36,804 nt of DNA from Eubacteriales bacterium (GTDB taxonomy: Bacteria; Bacillota; Clostridia; Oscillospirales; CAG-272), in assembly GCA_045631585.1 (NCBI GenBank), contig JAZQUX010000116.1, forward strand, positions 1 through 36,804. The letters run 5' to 3'. Within the stretch, counting starts at the first letter, position 1; the number at the start of each line of letters is the position of its first letter. The notes beneath the pieces are model-generated. The model was given only the letters and a program-made list of their open reading frames with translations, was not told where the DNA came from and made no database searches. Both the position numbers and the translations under genes were made by a program. Shown in pieces: positions 6,205-15,903 of this stretch.

Positions 6205-6488
6205 ACCAGCAGTTCCTCCGCTTTTTCGTGCGGGATGCACTGATTCTCAAATTTCTTGTATGCATCGAGATAAAATTCCTGCTTATCACCGTTATAGGTG
6301 ATTTCGTAGTACATACCATCGTGGAGAGAAGTGGAGACAAGAGCCTTATGATTCTGCAAAGTCTTGCACATCCATACGATATACACGTCGTATGCCGGAA
6401 TTGGTCTGTCCGTTTTATCGGTATGCTCTCTGACATATTCCTTTACAAGTTCTTTGCATAGCGTTGCAAACATTTCATTTCCCATCAT
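6201..6488 (-). CDS. Conserved phage protein (DUF6275-like)
   Basis: VYIVWMCKTLQNHKALVST...DGMYYEITYNGDKQEFYLDAYKKFEN motif, recognised from memory. Confidence 0.75.
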   Translation of the reverse strand: MMGNEMFATLCKELVKEYVREHTDKTDRPIPAYDVYIVWMCKTLQNHKALVSTSLHDGMYYEITYNGDKQEFYLDAYKKFENQCIPHEKAEELLV

Positions 6489-6985
6489 TCTGCTCTACCT
6501 CCACTCTCTTCGTTTTCGTCATCTTCTATTTCGCCCGGAACCTTCGCTTCGTCCGCACGGCTTTGCAGCACCTCAATCGCGCGGATGATGATTTTCGGCA
6601 GCGGGATGCCCATCAGACCCGCGTTCTCGACGATTGAGAAAAGTTCGTTTACCATAAAACCGATCACGACGGTATCGCGGATGCAGTGCATTGCAATCTC
6701 AATTCCCGCCGTCTCCATCAGCGCAAGATCAAGCCTGTGCGCGATCAAAACAAACAGCAGGGTAAAGCACTTTTTCACAAGACCCTTCCATCCCGCGCGG
6801 CTCTCGAACGCTCCCGACGCGGATTTGTTTGACTTGTGAAATACACACGCAACGACGATGCCGGAAATATAGTCGATTGCCATGAATATCACGAGCGTCG
6901 TCATACCGGCAGACCAGCCGCCTAAGATTGTGGACACCATGCCGCCAATTAAGGCGGCGAAGGTGCTGATGTAGTTTTTGATCAT
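6485..6985 (-). CDS. Holin (toxin secretion/phage lysis holin family)
   Basis: Multiple TM segments; LGGW...IDYISG...GWKGLVKK...NELFSIVENAGLMGIPLP. Confidence 0.93.
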   Translation of the reverse strand: MIKNYISTFAALIGGMVSTILGGWSAGMTTLVIFMAIDYISGIVVACVFHKSNKSASGAFESRAGWKGLVKKCFTLLFVLIAHRLDLALMETAGIEIAMHCIRDTVVIGFMVNELFSIVENAGLMGIPLPKIIIRAIEVLQSRADEAKVPGEIEDDENEESGGRAE

Positions 6986-7022
6986 TTTTCTGCTCCTTTT
7001 GTTTTCTTTCGGGTTCTATTGC

Positions 7023-8846
7023 TTACTCATTCATGGTTTCATTGTGTGCCTGTCTCACCGCGAAATCCACGCCGTCGCCTTGCTCTGCAACCGCGAACGT
7101 CGCGCCGTCCGCCGCATAATTCTGCGAAAATACCATGTCGGTTTTGGCGTAAATTTCGTTCTTGCTACCCTTGAACGTATTGAGCCATACGCGGCTGTTC
7201 TGTACCTCGTCTCCGATGTAAAGCCGTGTTTCATCAAATTCGTTGTTGTGGATGACAAGCCCGTCCGCACCTGTCGCCATGACCGTACCGCCGCCGCTGA
7301 ATTTGCAGTTTCGGAGTATATGCCCTTTGTTGTGGTTTCTGCCGTCTTCCCAGTCGATATGCGACGCTGGATCACGGAAACCGTTATTATGGAATATACA
7401 GTCAGAAATCAGCCAGTTTTCCCCGGCGTTCGGCTGAATCGCTGTTGCGTTGCTATCTTCCATACGGCAGTTTTTTATGTAACAGTTCACGGGCGTACCA
7501 TAAGAATAGATGTGCGCAATTCCGTTGAAATCTGGATCGGCGGATGTCGGTGCAGTGCCTTGATGGAATTTGATTCTCGCGTATACGGCGTTTGTCGGTT
7601 TCTTGTACTGATAATACTGTATACAATTTTCAAGGCATGACAGAAAATTCTTTTGTGCATTATAGAAATAGATACTGTACACACGGGCAGAAAGGTAAAG
7701 ATAACCCTGAAATCCCTGCATGTTACCAAACCCGAAACGGTCACCGATTTTTGAAATATCCATGTATCCGTTATTTCGGAACGCATAGGACTCCGCTTGA
7801 TCCTGTCCGTTCTTGTCAATGCCGCCGACCTCAACCGCTGACAGCTTGAACGGTACACGTTGCATATTATTCCATGCCGCCCCGATGTTGAATCCGGGCG
7901 ATTTGCTTATTGTGCAATTGTACAGCCCGGAACGGTAGTTATAACCACCGAAAAACACAGATTGACAGCCATACGCCCCGGTGTAATCTATCATGTCACC
8001 CTCGGCATAAATCACCGCGTTTTCAATGCGGCTGTATTCCGTATCGGTAAACAGGAACATCTGATACCCTGTTTGCGTCAATGCAGATTCGACGATCTGG
8101 ATGACAGAACCGGAAAAATCAAGAATCATATGCGACGGCATTGTAAACGTCCCGTATGCCGGGGAAACTTCATAAATGCCCTCCGGGAAGATGATTTTTT
8201 TCTTTCCGCTTCCGACCGCCGCCGCGATAATGTCAATAATCGCAAGTGTCGTCGATTCTACGTCTGTCCAGTCGTAATCATCCGCATTCACGGTCATGAT
8301 ATCGTCATCGGAATATGCAAGCGCGATTTCTTCCACGACAGACACGACAAACGATTTTCTGACCGTTCCTGTGATATCTGCCGCCGTGATGGTCGCCGTT
8401 CCCGGTGATATGCCGATCAGAACGCCGTTTTTCACGCGGCATACAGATGGATTATCACTTGTAAACGATACAATGTTATCGTCATAATACGAATACGCCC
8501 ACGGATGATCGTCTGTCATTTCTGACAAGATATAGGCTTGCGCTGAAAATTCTTCTCCGACTTCTATCACGTCCGGTGCTCTTGCGAGTGTGATATCTGC
8601 CGCCGTTCGTGCGGATGTCAACCCGTAATCAATCGGCGATACTGTAATATCATGTGATGCAGTCACCGTCTTTCCCTGCGCCTTTGCCGACACTTCAACC
8701 GTTGTTGTTCCGTCTGAAATCGCCGTGATGGTTTCGCCGTCTGCTGTCACAATGCCGTCATTCGCGGATGCGATCTGCACGTTATGCACTTCGACGACCC
8801 CCGGCTGTACTGTTTTAACAAGGGCGGCTTCGTCGCCTACTTCCAT
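7023..8846 (-). CDS. Tail-associated protein: two Ig-like (Big_2) domains plus a right-handed beta-helix (candidate depolymerase)
   Basis: FTSDNPSVCRVKNGVLIGISPGTATITA Big_2 motif; IIFPEGIYEV and repeated I.NC motifs typical of pectate-lyase-like folds. Confidence 0.75.
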   Translation of the reverse strand: MEVGDEAALVKTVQPGVVEVHNVQIASANDGIVTADGETITAISDGTTTVEVSAKAQGKTVTASHDITVSPIDYGLTSARTAADITLARAPDVIEVGEEFSAQAYILSEMTDDHPWAYSYYDDNIVSFTSDNPSVCRVKNGVLIGISPGTATITAADITGTVRKSFVVSVVEEIALAYSDDDIMTVNADDYDWTDVESTTLAIIDIIAAAVGSGKKKIIFPEGIYEVSPAYGTFTMPSHMILDFSGSVIQIVESALTQTGYQMFLFTDTEYSRIENAVIYAEGDMIDYTGAYGCQSVFFGGYNYRSGLYNCTISKSPGFNIGAAWNNMQRVPFKLSAVEVGGIDKNGQDQAESYAFRNNGYMDISKIGDRFGFGNMQGFQGYLYLSARVYSIYFYNAQKNFLSCLENCIQYYQYKKPTNAVYARIKFHQGTAPTSADPDFNGIAHIYSYGTPVNCYIKNCRMEDSNATAIQPNAGENWLISDCIFHNNGFRDPASHIDWEDGRNHNKGHILRNCKFSGGGTVMATGADGLVIHNNEFDETRLYIGDEVQNSRVWLNTFKGSKNEIYAKTDMVFSQNYAADGATFAVAEQGDGVDFAVRQAHNETMNE

Positions 8847-8863
8847 CCTCGAAACCGCCCCAA

Positions 8864-10126
8864 TTAAAAAGCCGTTAATATCATCTTTGACTTTTCGGCT
8901 TTCATGTTTTTCCGGATTTCGTCTTCTGTCAGAACACGGTTATAGATTCGCTGTGAGGACGTATACGAGCTTTCGCTGCCGACGTAACTGTTTCGCAACG
9001 AAAAATCGGCAAACATGGTCGCATAATCCCACGATGCGAAATTATCAATAACGATTTCGTTATCAAATTTATAGCCGTTTATCCATGTTGCGATAGTGCC
9101 GTCAGGTGAAAACGTCTTAACGATGTGCATAAATACATCAGATTCGGGTACGTCATACCGGTTTGCGACTGCGACAATGGTTAATGTGTTTCCGTTTATG
9201 GTGATATTCCCATCGCTTGTCAATCTGCTGTGATCCGTTGTTCCGTTTTCCAAGATCCGCGTAGGATTGGTATTGTTAGCTGTAAAGACCATTCCTTCCG
9301 TAACAAAACCGCCGTCACTTCCCGTGCTAATCATATCGCGGTAATTCGGCAGGAAGAAACAAGTCGGAATCTGCGTACCGAACGCTTCGATGGTGAAACC
9401 GTTTCCGTTTTTCATCTTTTCGACAAACGCGGTGTGCGCATCGTCCTTTGCAACCGTCAGATATTTGTACGCCTTTTTACCGTAGATACCGTTATCGACC
9501 TTGTTGAAGTGTGAGAAGTTACTAAACGTCAGACCGCTTGCACTGTCCGTGATTGTATCGCTTGTGTCGTCGGTATGGTTTCGATAATCGACGTAAAGCG
9601 TAAGACCGTCTGTAATTACTTCCGGCTTATCATTATCCGAAATCGTAATCATAACAACTTTCGCTTCCACCTTTTTGCTTGTCAGCGAAACCGATACAGA
9701 ATCATCGTATTCATCCGTATCTTCCAGTGCCGTAACAGTCACGGTCTGCTCGGTGTTATAATTGTTCGTCGTAAACGTCAGCGTTGCAGGCTGCACGCTG
9801 ACTTTGGTGTTATCGGATACCGCAAGATATACCGTCTGTGTCCCGCTCGGTGCGGTAGCCAACTTTACAGTAAATACTCCGCTCCCACCCTCTGTGATAC
9901 TCACATCGACAGTAGACACCAGCATTTCTCCGTATGTTGCGCTGCTTAAATCAGACAAATCGAGCGTGAATAGCACTTTGCCGTTTGCGTTTTTGAAATT
10001 CACGATACCATCCTCGTCGATTTCTGCCTTATCAGCAATCGCTTCAGAAAGCTGCGGAACCTGCATCGCGTAATCAATAGCCTTTTGCACCTGTACGCCG
10101 TTTTGTTTCAACTTAAAATTGTTCAT
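8864..10126 (-). CDS. Tail fibre / receptor-binding protein with Ig-like and LamG/ConA-like domains
   Basis: VQPATLTFTTNNYNTEQTVTVTA; ITDGLTLYVD...RIYNRVLTEDEIRKN; position after the baseplate genes. Confidence 0.72.
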   Translation of the reverse strand: MNNFKLKQNGVQVQKAIDYAMQVPQLSEAIADKAEIDEDGIVNFKNANGKVLFTLDLSDLSSATYGEMLVSTVDVSITEGGSGVFTVKLATAPSGTQTVYLAVSDNTKVSVQPATLTFTTNNYNTEQTVTVTALEDTDEYDDSVSVSLTSKKVEAKVVMITISDNDKPEVITDGLTLYVDYRNHTDDTSDTITDSASGLTFSNFSHFNKVDNGIYGKKAYKYLTVAKDDAHTAFVEKMKNGNGFTIEAFGTQIPTCFFLPNYRDMISTGSDGGFVTEGMVFTANNTNPTRILENGTTDHSRLTSDGNITINGNTLTIVAVANRYDVPESDVFMHIVKTFSPDGTIATWINGYKFDNEIVIDNFASWDYATMFADFSLRNSYVGSESSYTSSQRIYNRVLTEDEIRKNMKAEKSKMILTAF

Positions 10127-10147
10127 TGTTTCACTCCTTTCTAACTG

Positions 10148-10639
10148 TTAAGTTCCTGCCGCCATCGATACGCAAATATATTTACCGTCAGATGTCATCA
10201 GCAAATCCTCGTCCGACGTGGCAAGCAACACTTCGACGATATTTCCTGCCGCCATCGACAGTATCATTTCTATTGCATTAGCTGCACGATAATCAATCCA
10301 ATCATCGATCGTCGGTGCTTCCGGCAGATTCAATTCGCTGTTGATATAACCCCTGATGTGCCGGACATTGTTCAGATATCGCTCGACTTCATCTTGTGTT
10401 GCGATGTCGTTATATGTCCAGTTTGTTTTGGTTTCCAATTGCATCCCGTAAGCGTTTGAGATTTCCTCGACTGCCGCTTCTACCCGATTCCAGTCGTGCG
10501 CCATGGTATACGCGCCGCGCAAGCCCCCGAAGTATTCCGCGCGTTCTGCATCGGTCAGCGTTTCGCCAGCGTGCATTTTGTCAAGCAAATATTGCGCCCG
10601 CTCACAGTCTGCGTAAGTTCGATCTGTGATCAAATCCAC
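10148..10639 (-). CDS. Baseplate / tail-associated protein
   Basis: 163 aa; GGAGGTG RBS; lies between the tail-tip and fibre genes. Confidence 0.65.
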   Translation of the reverse strand: MDLITDRTYADCERAQYLLDKMHAGETLTDAERAEYFGGLRGAYTMAHDWNRVEAAVEEISNAYGMQLETKTNWTYNDIATQDEVERYLNNVRHIRGYINSELNLPEAPTIDDWIDYRAANAIEMILSMAAGNIVEVLLATSDEDLLMTSDGKYICVSMAAGT

Positions 10640-12764
10640 GCACCGTCACCTCCTGTATCATTTTTGAGCCGATCAACGAGTATCGGATTTGTGTCACCGT
10701 TCCAGCAAACCGCACGCCGTCGCTGATCTCCATTTCGATGTTTTCGCCGAGCCGCACATCTCCCACGATGCCCGCAACAATCGTCTGATCGCGCAGGTAC
10801 CATGACAGACACCGCTCCGCGATCGTTTTTGCATTTGCAGACGACATCATCGTATTGTCATATACGATCGTACCGCCTCTCATCATAGGCACGGTCACAA
10901 TGACCGCCGATTCCTTGACGATGTACGGATACAGCTCGACCGCCCATTGATCGGTGTTGGTCATCTGACCGCTTGCGTTGGTGGTATTGTAAAGCTGTGT
11001 TCCGTCCCACAGAACACGGTTCGCGGAGCTTCCCGGCATCAGCGCGCGCGATGCTTCCGCGTACCTGTCGCGCCACATGACCGACGGCTTTTCGGGGATG
11101 ATGATGATCGGCTTGTATCCTTTGCCGTACTCTTCCCACGTATACACGACCGACGTATGCTCACTCGTCTGCGCATCGTATTGGTCGATATACTGCCGCG
11201 TCTTCATTTCGATGCTTGCAATGCGCGTCTCATCCGTCACCGTCTCGCCGATCAGCACATCCTCGATCCTATGATCCGCGCTCTGATCGTTGATGTCAAT
11301 GCTGCAGATCCTCGGCACCGGAGATCGGCTCTCGTCGATGTACAGACCCGACGCAAACAACACCGACCGCATTGCAGACCGGCAGTCTGTCATCGGTATG
11401 TGTCCGCTGATCTTTGTCACAGGAGCGCCGGCGACATCGACCTTGTACGGCAAGCCCGCCGCACGGAAGATCTCACACGCAAGATCAACAGCGTCCCTCT
11501 CCCGGTATACATCACCGGCAAAGGTGCTCTTGTCAAGCTCGCCGCACCAGCTGTGCGATGTGATGCTGTACGTCTTTTCGCCGCTTTTTCTCGCGCCGTC
11601 AATGACATACACGCCCCGCAGCTTGCCGTCTCGGTAGACCTCCATCCTTTGCAGCTTTGCCTGATTGTACTCAAAACCGTTTTCCTCGATCATCGTGACA
11701 TCGCAAGTGGATATCGGCAGCGCTTCCGATATCGGATCGCACTGCTCGATGATGTCGCACGATACGATCTCCTCCTCAGTATACATCTGCATTTTGCCAA
11801 GATAGATCGTCGTCAGCTTATGCCTGATATACGGTGCATTGGTATCGTACAGGATCAGCCCGATAATACCGACGTTTTCCGCGCTGCACTCGACATAGCA
11901 GACGGGATCCGTGACATATGTCACCGCAACGCCGCCGATGTATTCCTCAGATTTTGCTGTTTTGTTGTCGCCGTACGTGATCTCCTCGTTTACGCTGATG
12001 ATGACCTCGTCCGTATTTTCGACAGCTCCCTCCGATACGCAGATCTCAAAAAAATCAGACTGCACTATAGCGCCGATCTTGATCTCTGCGTTTCCGTCTG
12101 CATCGATGGTCATTTTTCCGTAGCCGTCAAACTCACTCGCGCTTTCTATCAAATTGGAAGCCGTTGCAAATCCGTGCCATTTAGGCACCATACGATTCCC
12201 TGACAGTCCTTTTCCGTACAGGTTGACGCCGCTGATCGTCTTGTCTGCTTTGTTCCAGTCGATACCGCGCGTCCTGATCGTGACATCGTTTTCCCCTGTG
12301 ATGTATCCTGTTGTCATCGTCCCGGCGTGATCGATGCGGTCGCCTGTTGCCGCATCAAACGCGGTTCCCGGCAAAAATCCCGTGTCGCTGACGCGCGTCA
12401 CAAGGTCATCCTTAAACGATTGCGATTTGTACGCATTCACGAAATTCGGCAGTGTTTTTGAGATCAGCACAACATCCATCTTTTTCGGATGCGTACCACC
12501 CGCGGCATCAAAGATCACCGTCAGCCCGTTGACATCCTGCAGCTCAACACCGACATTTTTCTTTGACTGGAGCGTTCCGTTTGCATCGGACACGGTGCTC
12601 GACACAAAAAGGTAGGGAAGAGGAGACCGGAAGATCTCCTGACTGCCGTACAGCTTCGTGTGGTTTAACTCTCCCCCGAATGCAACCTCATCAACGATCG
12701 CGCGGTTGTACTCCTCAGAAAAATAGTTTCCGTCCTCTGTATAAAAGATCTTTGTGCTGCTCAC
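10602..12764 (-). CDS. Tail tip / baseplate hub protein
   Basis: Large ORF after the Dit-like gene; probable GTG start at 12764 overlapping the upstream TGA. Confidence 0.7.
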   Translation of the reverse strand: MSSTKIFYTEDGNYFSEEYNRAIVDEVAFGGELNHTKLYGSQEIFRSPLPYLFVSSTVSDANGTLQSKKNVGVELQDVNGLTVIFDAAGGTHPKKMDVVLISKTLPNFVNAYKSQSFKDDLVTRVSDTGFLPGTAFDAATGDRIDHAGTMTTGYITGENDVTIRTRGIDWNKADKTISGVNLYGKGLSGNRMVPKWHGFATASNLIESASEFDGYGKMTIDADGNAEIKIGAIVQSDFFEICVSEGAVENTDEVIISVNEEITYGDNKTAKSEEYIGGVAVTYVTDPVCYVECSAENVGIIGLILYDTNAPYIRHKLTTIYLGKMQMYTEEEIVSCDIIEQCDPISEALPISTCDVTMIEENGFEYNQAKLQRMEVYRDGKLRGVYVIDGARKSGEKTYSITSHSWCGELDKSTFAGDVYRERDAVDLACEIFRAAGLPYKVDVAGAPVTKISGHIPMTDCRSAMRSVLFASGLYIDESRSPVPRICSIDINDQSADHRIEDVLIGETVTDETRIASIEMKTRQYIDQYDAQTSEHTSVVYTWEEYGKGYKPIIIIPEKPSVMWRDRYAEASRALMPGSSANRVLWDGTQLYNTTNASGQMTNTDQWAVELYPYIVKESAVIVTVPMMRGGTIVYDNTMMSSANAKTIAERCLSWYLRDQTIVAGIVGDVRLGENIEMEISDGVRFAGTVTQIRYSLIGSKMIQEVTVRGFDHRSNLRRL

Positions 12765-13150
12765 AGCGCCCTCCTTTGCGGCCGTGTCGAGATGACCGTA
12801 AATGTCAGATCTCCCCAACTTGACACACCGCCGCGCTTGGTGTACATTGTGTCACCGCCCGCTTCAATATGCCCGCGGAATTTCAGCATCTCTTGCCCAT
12901 ACGGGAACTCAAAATCATGCCACTCCTCCGGAGCCGAGATGACCTCAAACAGCCTGTCGTACTCCTCCGCACTTGTGCCGCTTGTGTCGATCGTGATCGT
13001 ATACCCGTAATAGGTACCGACCACATTGTACACGCGCTTACCGTTGATCGTCTGATCCTGCCGCGAGGAATACACCTCAAAGCTGCGCTGGATCCCGCCG
13101 ATCGGGACGATCACGTTGTACGGCCGTCCGTCAATCTTAAATAAACTCAT
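12761..13150 (-). CDS. Distal tail (Dit-like) protein
   Basis: 129 aa beta-rich ORF immediately after the tape measure gene. Confidence 0.65.
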   Translation of the reverse strand: MSLFKIDGRPYNVIVPIGGIQRSFEVYSSRQDQTINGKRVYNVVGTYYGYTITIDTSGTSAEEYDRLFEVISAPEEWHDFEFPYGQEMLKFRGHIEAGGDTMYTKRGGVSSWGDLTFTVISTRPQRRAL

Positions 13151-15303
13151 ACTCTGACCACCCTCACGTCTCGTCTCGCATTTTCACGGTCGGATGCATC
13201 GACAACAACGCGGCCGAACTCTCGCTCATTGATCTGCAGTACGATCTCCTGCTTGCCCGACACACCTCTCGCGGCACCTCCATAGGATCCGCCGGATCCG
13301 CCAAGCGTTCCCGACGATCTCAACTTTGCATCAAGGCTCGTTTCAAACTGTGTCGGCACGGCATCCCGCATCTGACGCGATACCATGTCCATCTCCTTCT
13401 CAAATCCGACACCGAGACCTTCCGCGAGATATCCGCCGATCCCCGCAAACACCGTCGACGGGGAATGGATGCCGAAAAACTCCTTGATGTCGCCGACGAT
13501 GTCGGATGCCCATCCTTTGAGCTTTTCCCAAAGCCACGCGCCGCCCGACTTGATGCCCTCCCAAACGCCTTTGAGCATTTGCAGACCCGCGTCCTTGATC
13601 GCCGGCCAGTTGTCCATCAGCGCCTTGACAAGCGTCTGTACCAGTTCGACCGCGATCTCACCGAGCGACGTGATCAGCATCGGCAGAGCCTCAACCAGCA
13701 CTGTACCCAACAGCGGCAGTACCTCTTGTATGACATCAAGGATCATCGGCAGCATGTCCTTGACCTTGCCGACGATGTCCGAGATGCCCGCTTTGATCTG
13801 ATCGGTTGCGCCTTCCTGTCCTGTCGCAAGTCCGACAAATCCGTCCGCGATCATCGTGAAACCGGGAAGCAGTTCCGCTGTAATATTCTGAAACAGTGCA
13901 GTGCCGACACGTTTCATCTTGTCCATGCTGTCCGTGTACTTGACAGCCGCATCAACGGCATCGTCCGACATCACAAGACCAAGATCGTGTGCTTCCTGCT
14001 TCAGTTTGTCCGTTGCTTCCGCCGTTGAGTTAAGCAGCGGCATCAGCTCCGCACCCGAACCGCCAAGCAGTTCCTGTGCGATCTGTGCCTTTCGTGTCTC
14101 ATCGGTCATGCCCTGCAGTCCTTGCACGACCATTTCAAACGCTTCCTCGGGAGTTGCGGATTTCACAGCGTCCATCGAGATCCCAAGCTCTCCAAACATG
14201 CCCGAGACCTCTTCGCTGCCCTCTCCCGCCGCTTTCATTTTGTCGACAAGCGCTTCCATTCCGGATCCGAGCTGTGCGATATCAGCGCCGTTTTGCGACA
14301 GGACATAAGACCATTCCTGGTATGCCTCGCGCGACATGTTCAGCTTCTGTGATTCCTTGTCGATCTGATCACCCGCGGATGCAACATTGTTTGCCGCAGA
14401 GATCGCCGCCGTCGCAAGACCCGCAAGAGCCGCACCGCCCGCAACCGCCGCCGTTTTCAAACCTTTCAGCGTAAAACTTGCGGCCTTCTTTCCGACCGAC
14501 GCAAGACTGCTCCCGAATGATTTCAACTCGCTTCCGGCTTTTTTCAAACCGTCCTTCAGCTTCTCACCAAATGACGATGTGTTTTTCCCGGCATTGTCAA
14601 GTTCATCCTTTGTCTCGGCAAGTTCCTTCTGCATGTTGTTCAGATCCGCTGTCGCAAGGTTGAGTTGTTTCTGCCAGCTTTTGGTTCTCTTGTCGTTTTC
14701 TCCAAATGCTTTTGTCGCCTCTTCCAGAGCCACTTCCAAAGTGATGACCTTGTCTCTCTGTTCTCTGACTTCCTTCGACATCACGCGGTATTTCGCAGTT
14801 AATGCATCTACCGACTTATCGTTTGCATCAAACTCGGACGCAACGAGCTTCATTTCCGATCCGAGCAGCTTCATTTCGTCATTGATTTCCGACAGCATCT
14901 GCTCGAATGCATCTCCATTAAACGATGAGATATTTTTACCCGCATCGTTGATGGATTCGCCCGTCTTGTCGAGTTCCCGTTGCATATTATTAAGCTCGGC
15001 TGTTGCATTGTTTAATTGTCTTTGCCAGCTTTTGGTTCTCTCGTCGTTTTCTCCAAATTCCTTTGATGCTGCTGCAAGTGCATCTTTCAGCGTGTTTACC
15101 TTTTCCCGTTGTGCATCGACCTCTTTGGACATGACACCGTACTTTGCTGAACGCGCCTCCACGGATTTGTCATTTGCATCAAACTCGGACGCAACGAGCT
15201 TCATTTCCGATCCGAGCAGCTTCATTTCGCCATTGATTTCCGACAGGGCTTTTTTGAACTCCCTCTCGCCCTCAACGCCAATTTTTAATCCCGCATCTGC
15301 CAT
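13147..15303 (-). CDS. Tail tape measure protein
   Basis: KIGVEGEREFKKAL N-terminus, coiled-coil and hydrophobic repeats, FFGIHSPSTVF motif. Confidence 0.95.
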   Translation of the reverse strand: MADAGLKIGVEGEREFKKALSEINGEMKLLGSEMKLVASEFDANDKSVEARSAKYGVMSKEVDAQREKVNTLKDALAAASKEFGENDERTKSWQRQLNNATAELNNMQRELDKTGESINDAGKNISSFNGDAFEQMLSEINDEMKLLGSEMKLVASEFDANDKSVDALTAKYRVMSKEVREQRDKVITLEVALEEATKAFGENDKRTKSWQKQLNLATADLNNMQKELAETKDELDNAGKNTSSFGEKLKDGLKKAGSELKSFGSSLASVGKKAASFTLKGLKTAAVAGGAALAGLATAAISAANNVASAGDQIDKESQKLNMSREAYQEWSYVLSQNGADIAQLGSGMEALVDKMKAAGEGSEEVSGMFGELGISMDAVKSATPEEAFEMVVQGLQGMTDETRKAQIAQELLGGSGAELMPLLNSTAEATDKLKQEAHDLGLVMSDDAVDAAVKYTDSMDKMKRVGTALFQNITAELLPGFTMIADGFVGLATGQEGATDQIKAGISDIVGKVKDMLPMILDVIQEVLPLLGTVLVEALPMLITSLGEIAVELVQTLVKALMDNWPAIKDAGLQMLKGVWEGIKSGGAWLWEKLKGWASDIVGDIKEFFGIHSPSTVFAGIGGYLAEGLGVGFEKEMDMVSRQMRDAVPTQFETSLDAKLRSSGTLGGSGGSYGGAARGVSGKQEIVLQINEREFGRVVVDASDRENARRDVRVVRV
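14620..15245 (-). repeat. Tandem duplication (351-bp period) inside the tape measure gene
   Basis: 14822-14895 is near-identical to 15173-15246; TGCCAGCTTTTGGTTCTCT occurs at 14672 and 15023. Confidence 0.9.
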
Positions 15304-15318
15304 GATCTCACCTCACTT

Positions 15319-15513
15319 TCAAAGTATTTCGTCGATATAATGTATTTCCTTCGCCTTCGCCATTCCGTGGTATTGGCGGTATATTTCGATCTGATCGATC
15401 AGATCACCGTACGGCTCCATCCACACATCCGTCTCCGGCATGCCGAGCAGTGTCCGACCCCAAAAGAGCAGGCGTGCAAACCGCTCCACGGTGTCTGCAC
15501 GCCTGCCGTTCAG
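15319..15513 (-). CDS. Tail assembly chaperone -1 frameshift extension (gpGT-like)
   Basis: The -1 frame after A AAA AAC reads LNGRRADTVERFARLLFWGRTLLGMPETDVWMEPYGDLIDQIEIYRQYHG...DEIL*. Confidence 0.85.
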   Translation of the reverse strand: MNGRRADTVERFARLLFWGRTLLGMPETDVWMEPYGDLIDQIEIYRQYHGMAKAKEIHYIDEIL

Positions 15514-15893
15514 TTTTTTCCGTTACCGGGAGCCTGTTCGGATTCGATGTAAGTTTCTTTTCCGCGCCTGACCGCCTCGATCGCCGAGCGGAGCAGGGAA
15601 GTCATCTCTCCCGGCGTTGTGAGGATCCCGACCTCATCGTGACCGATCATTCTTCGCGGCGTGTCGCGGTGCCTGTAGTTGTATCTCTCAGATCCCGCAT
15701 TGCACAGGATCGCGATCAACTTGGATGCCGTCTCCACACTTGCGTCGCGGTCATCTCCGTCCAGTGCTTCGCCGACCTTGTCGAGGCCTCCGAATTCACG
15801 GTCAATGTCCGCTGCCGCTTTCGTGGTCAGCAGCATTTCAAAATTTTCTCCGTCGATCTCAACCGAGACCGCGCGATTGATTGCCGCGTTCAT
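15510..15893 (-). CDS. Tail assembly chaperone (gpG-like)
   Basis: Lies between the major tail and tape measure genes; ends GGA AAA AAC TGA. Confidence 0.88.
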   Translation of the reverse strand: MNAAINRAVSVEIDGENFEMLLTTKAAADIDREFGGLDKVGEALDGDDRDASVETASKLIAILCNAGSERYNYRHRDTPRRMIGHDEVGILTTPGEMTSLLRSAIEAVRRGKETYIESEQAPGNGKN

Positions 15894-15903
15894 GATATCC
15901 TCC

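Noticed and set aside
7023-12764. Diversity-generating retroelement or invertible tail-fibre system
   Set aside because: I found no reverse transcriptase, no TR/VR pair, no invertase and no flanking inverted repeats by eye.
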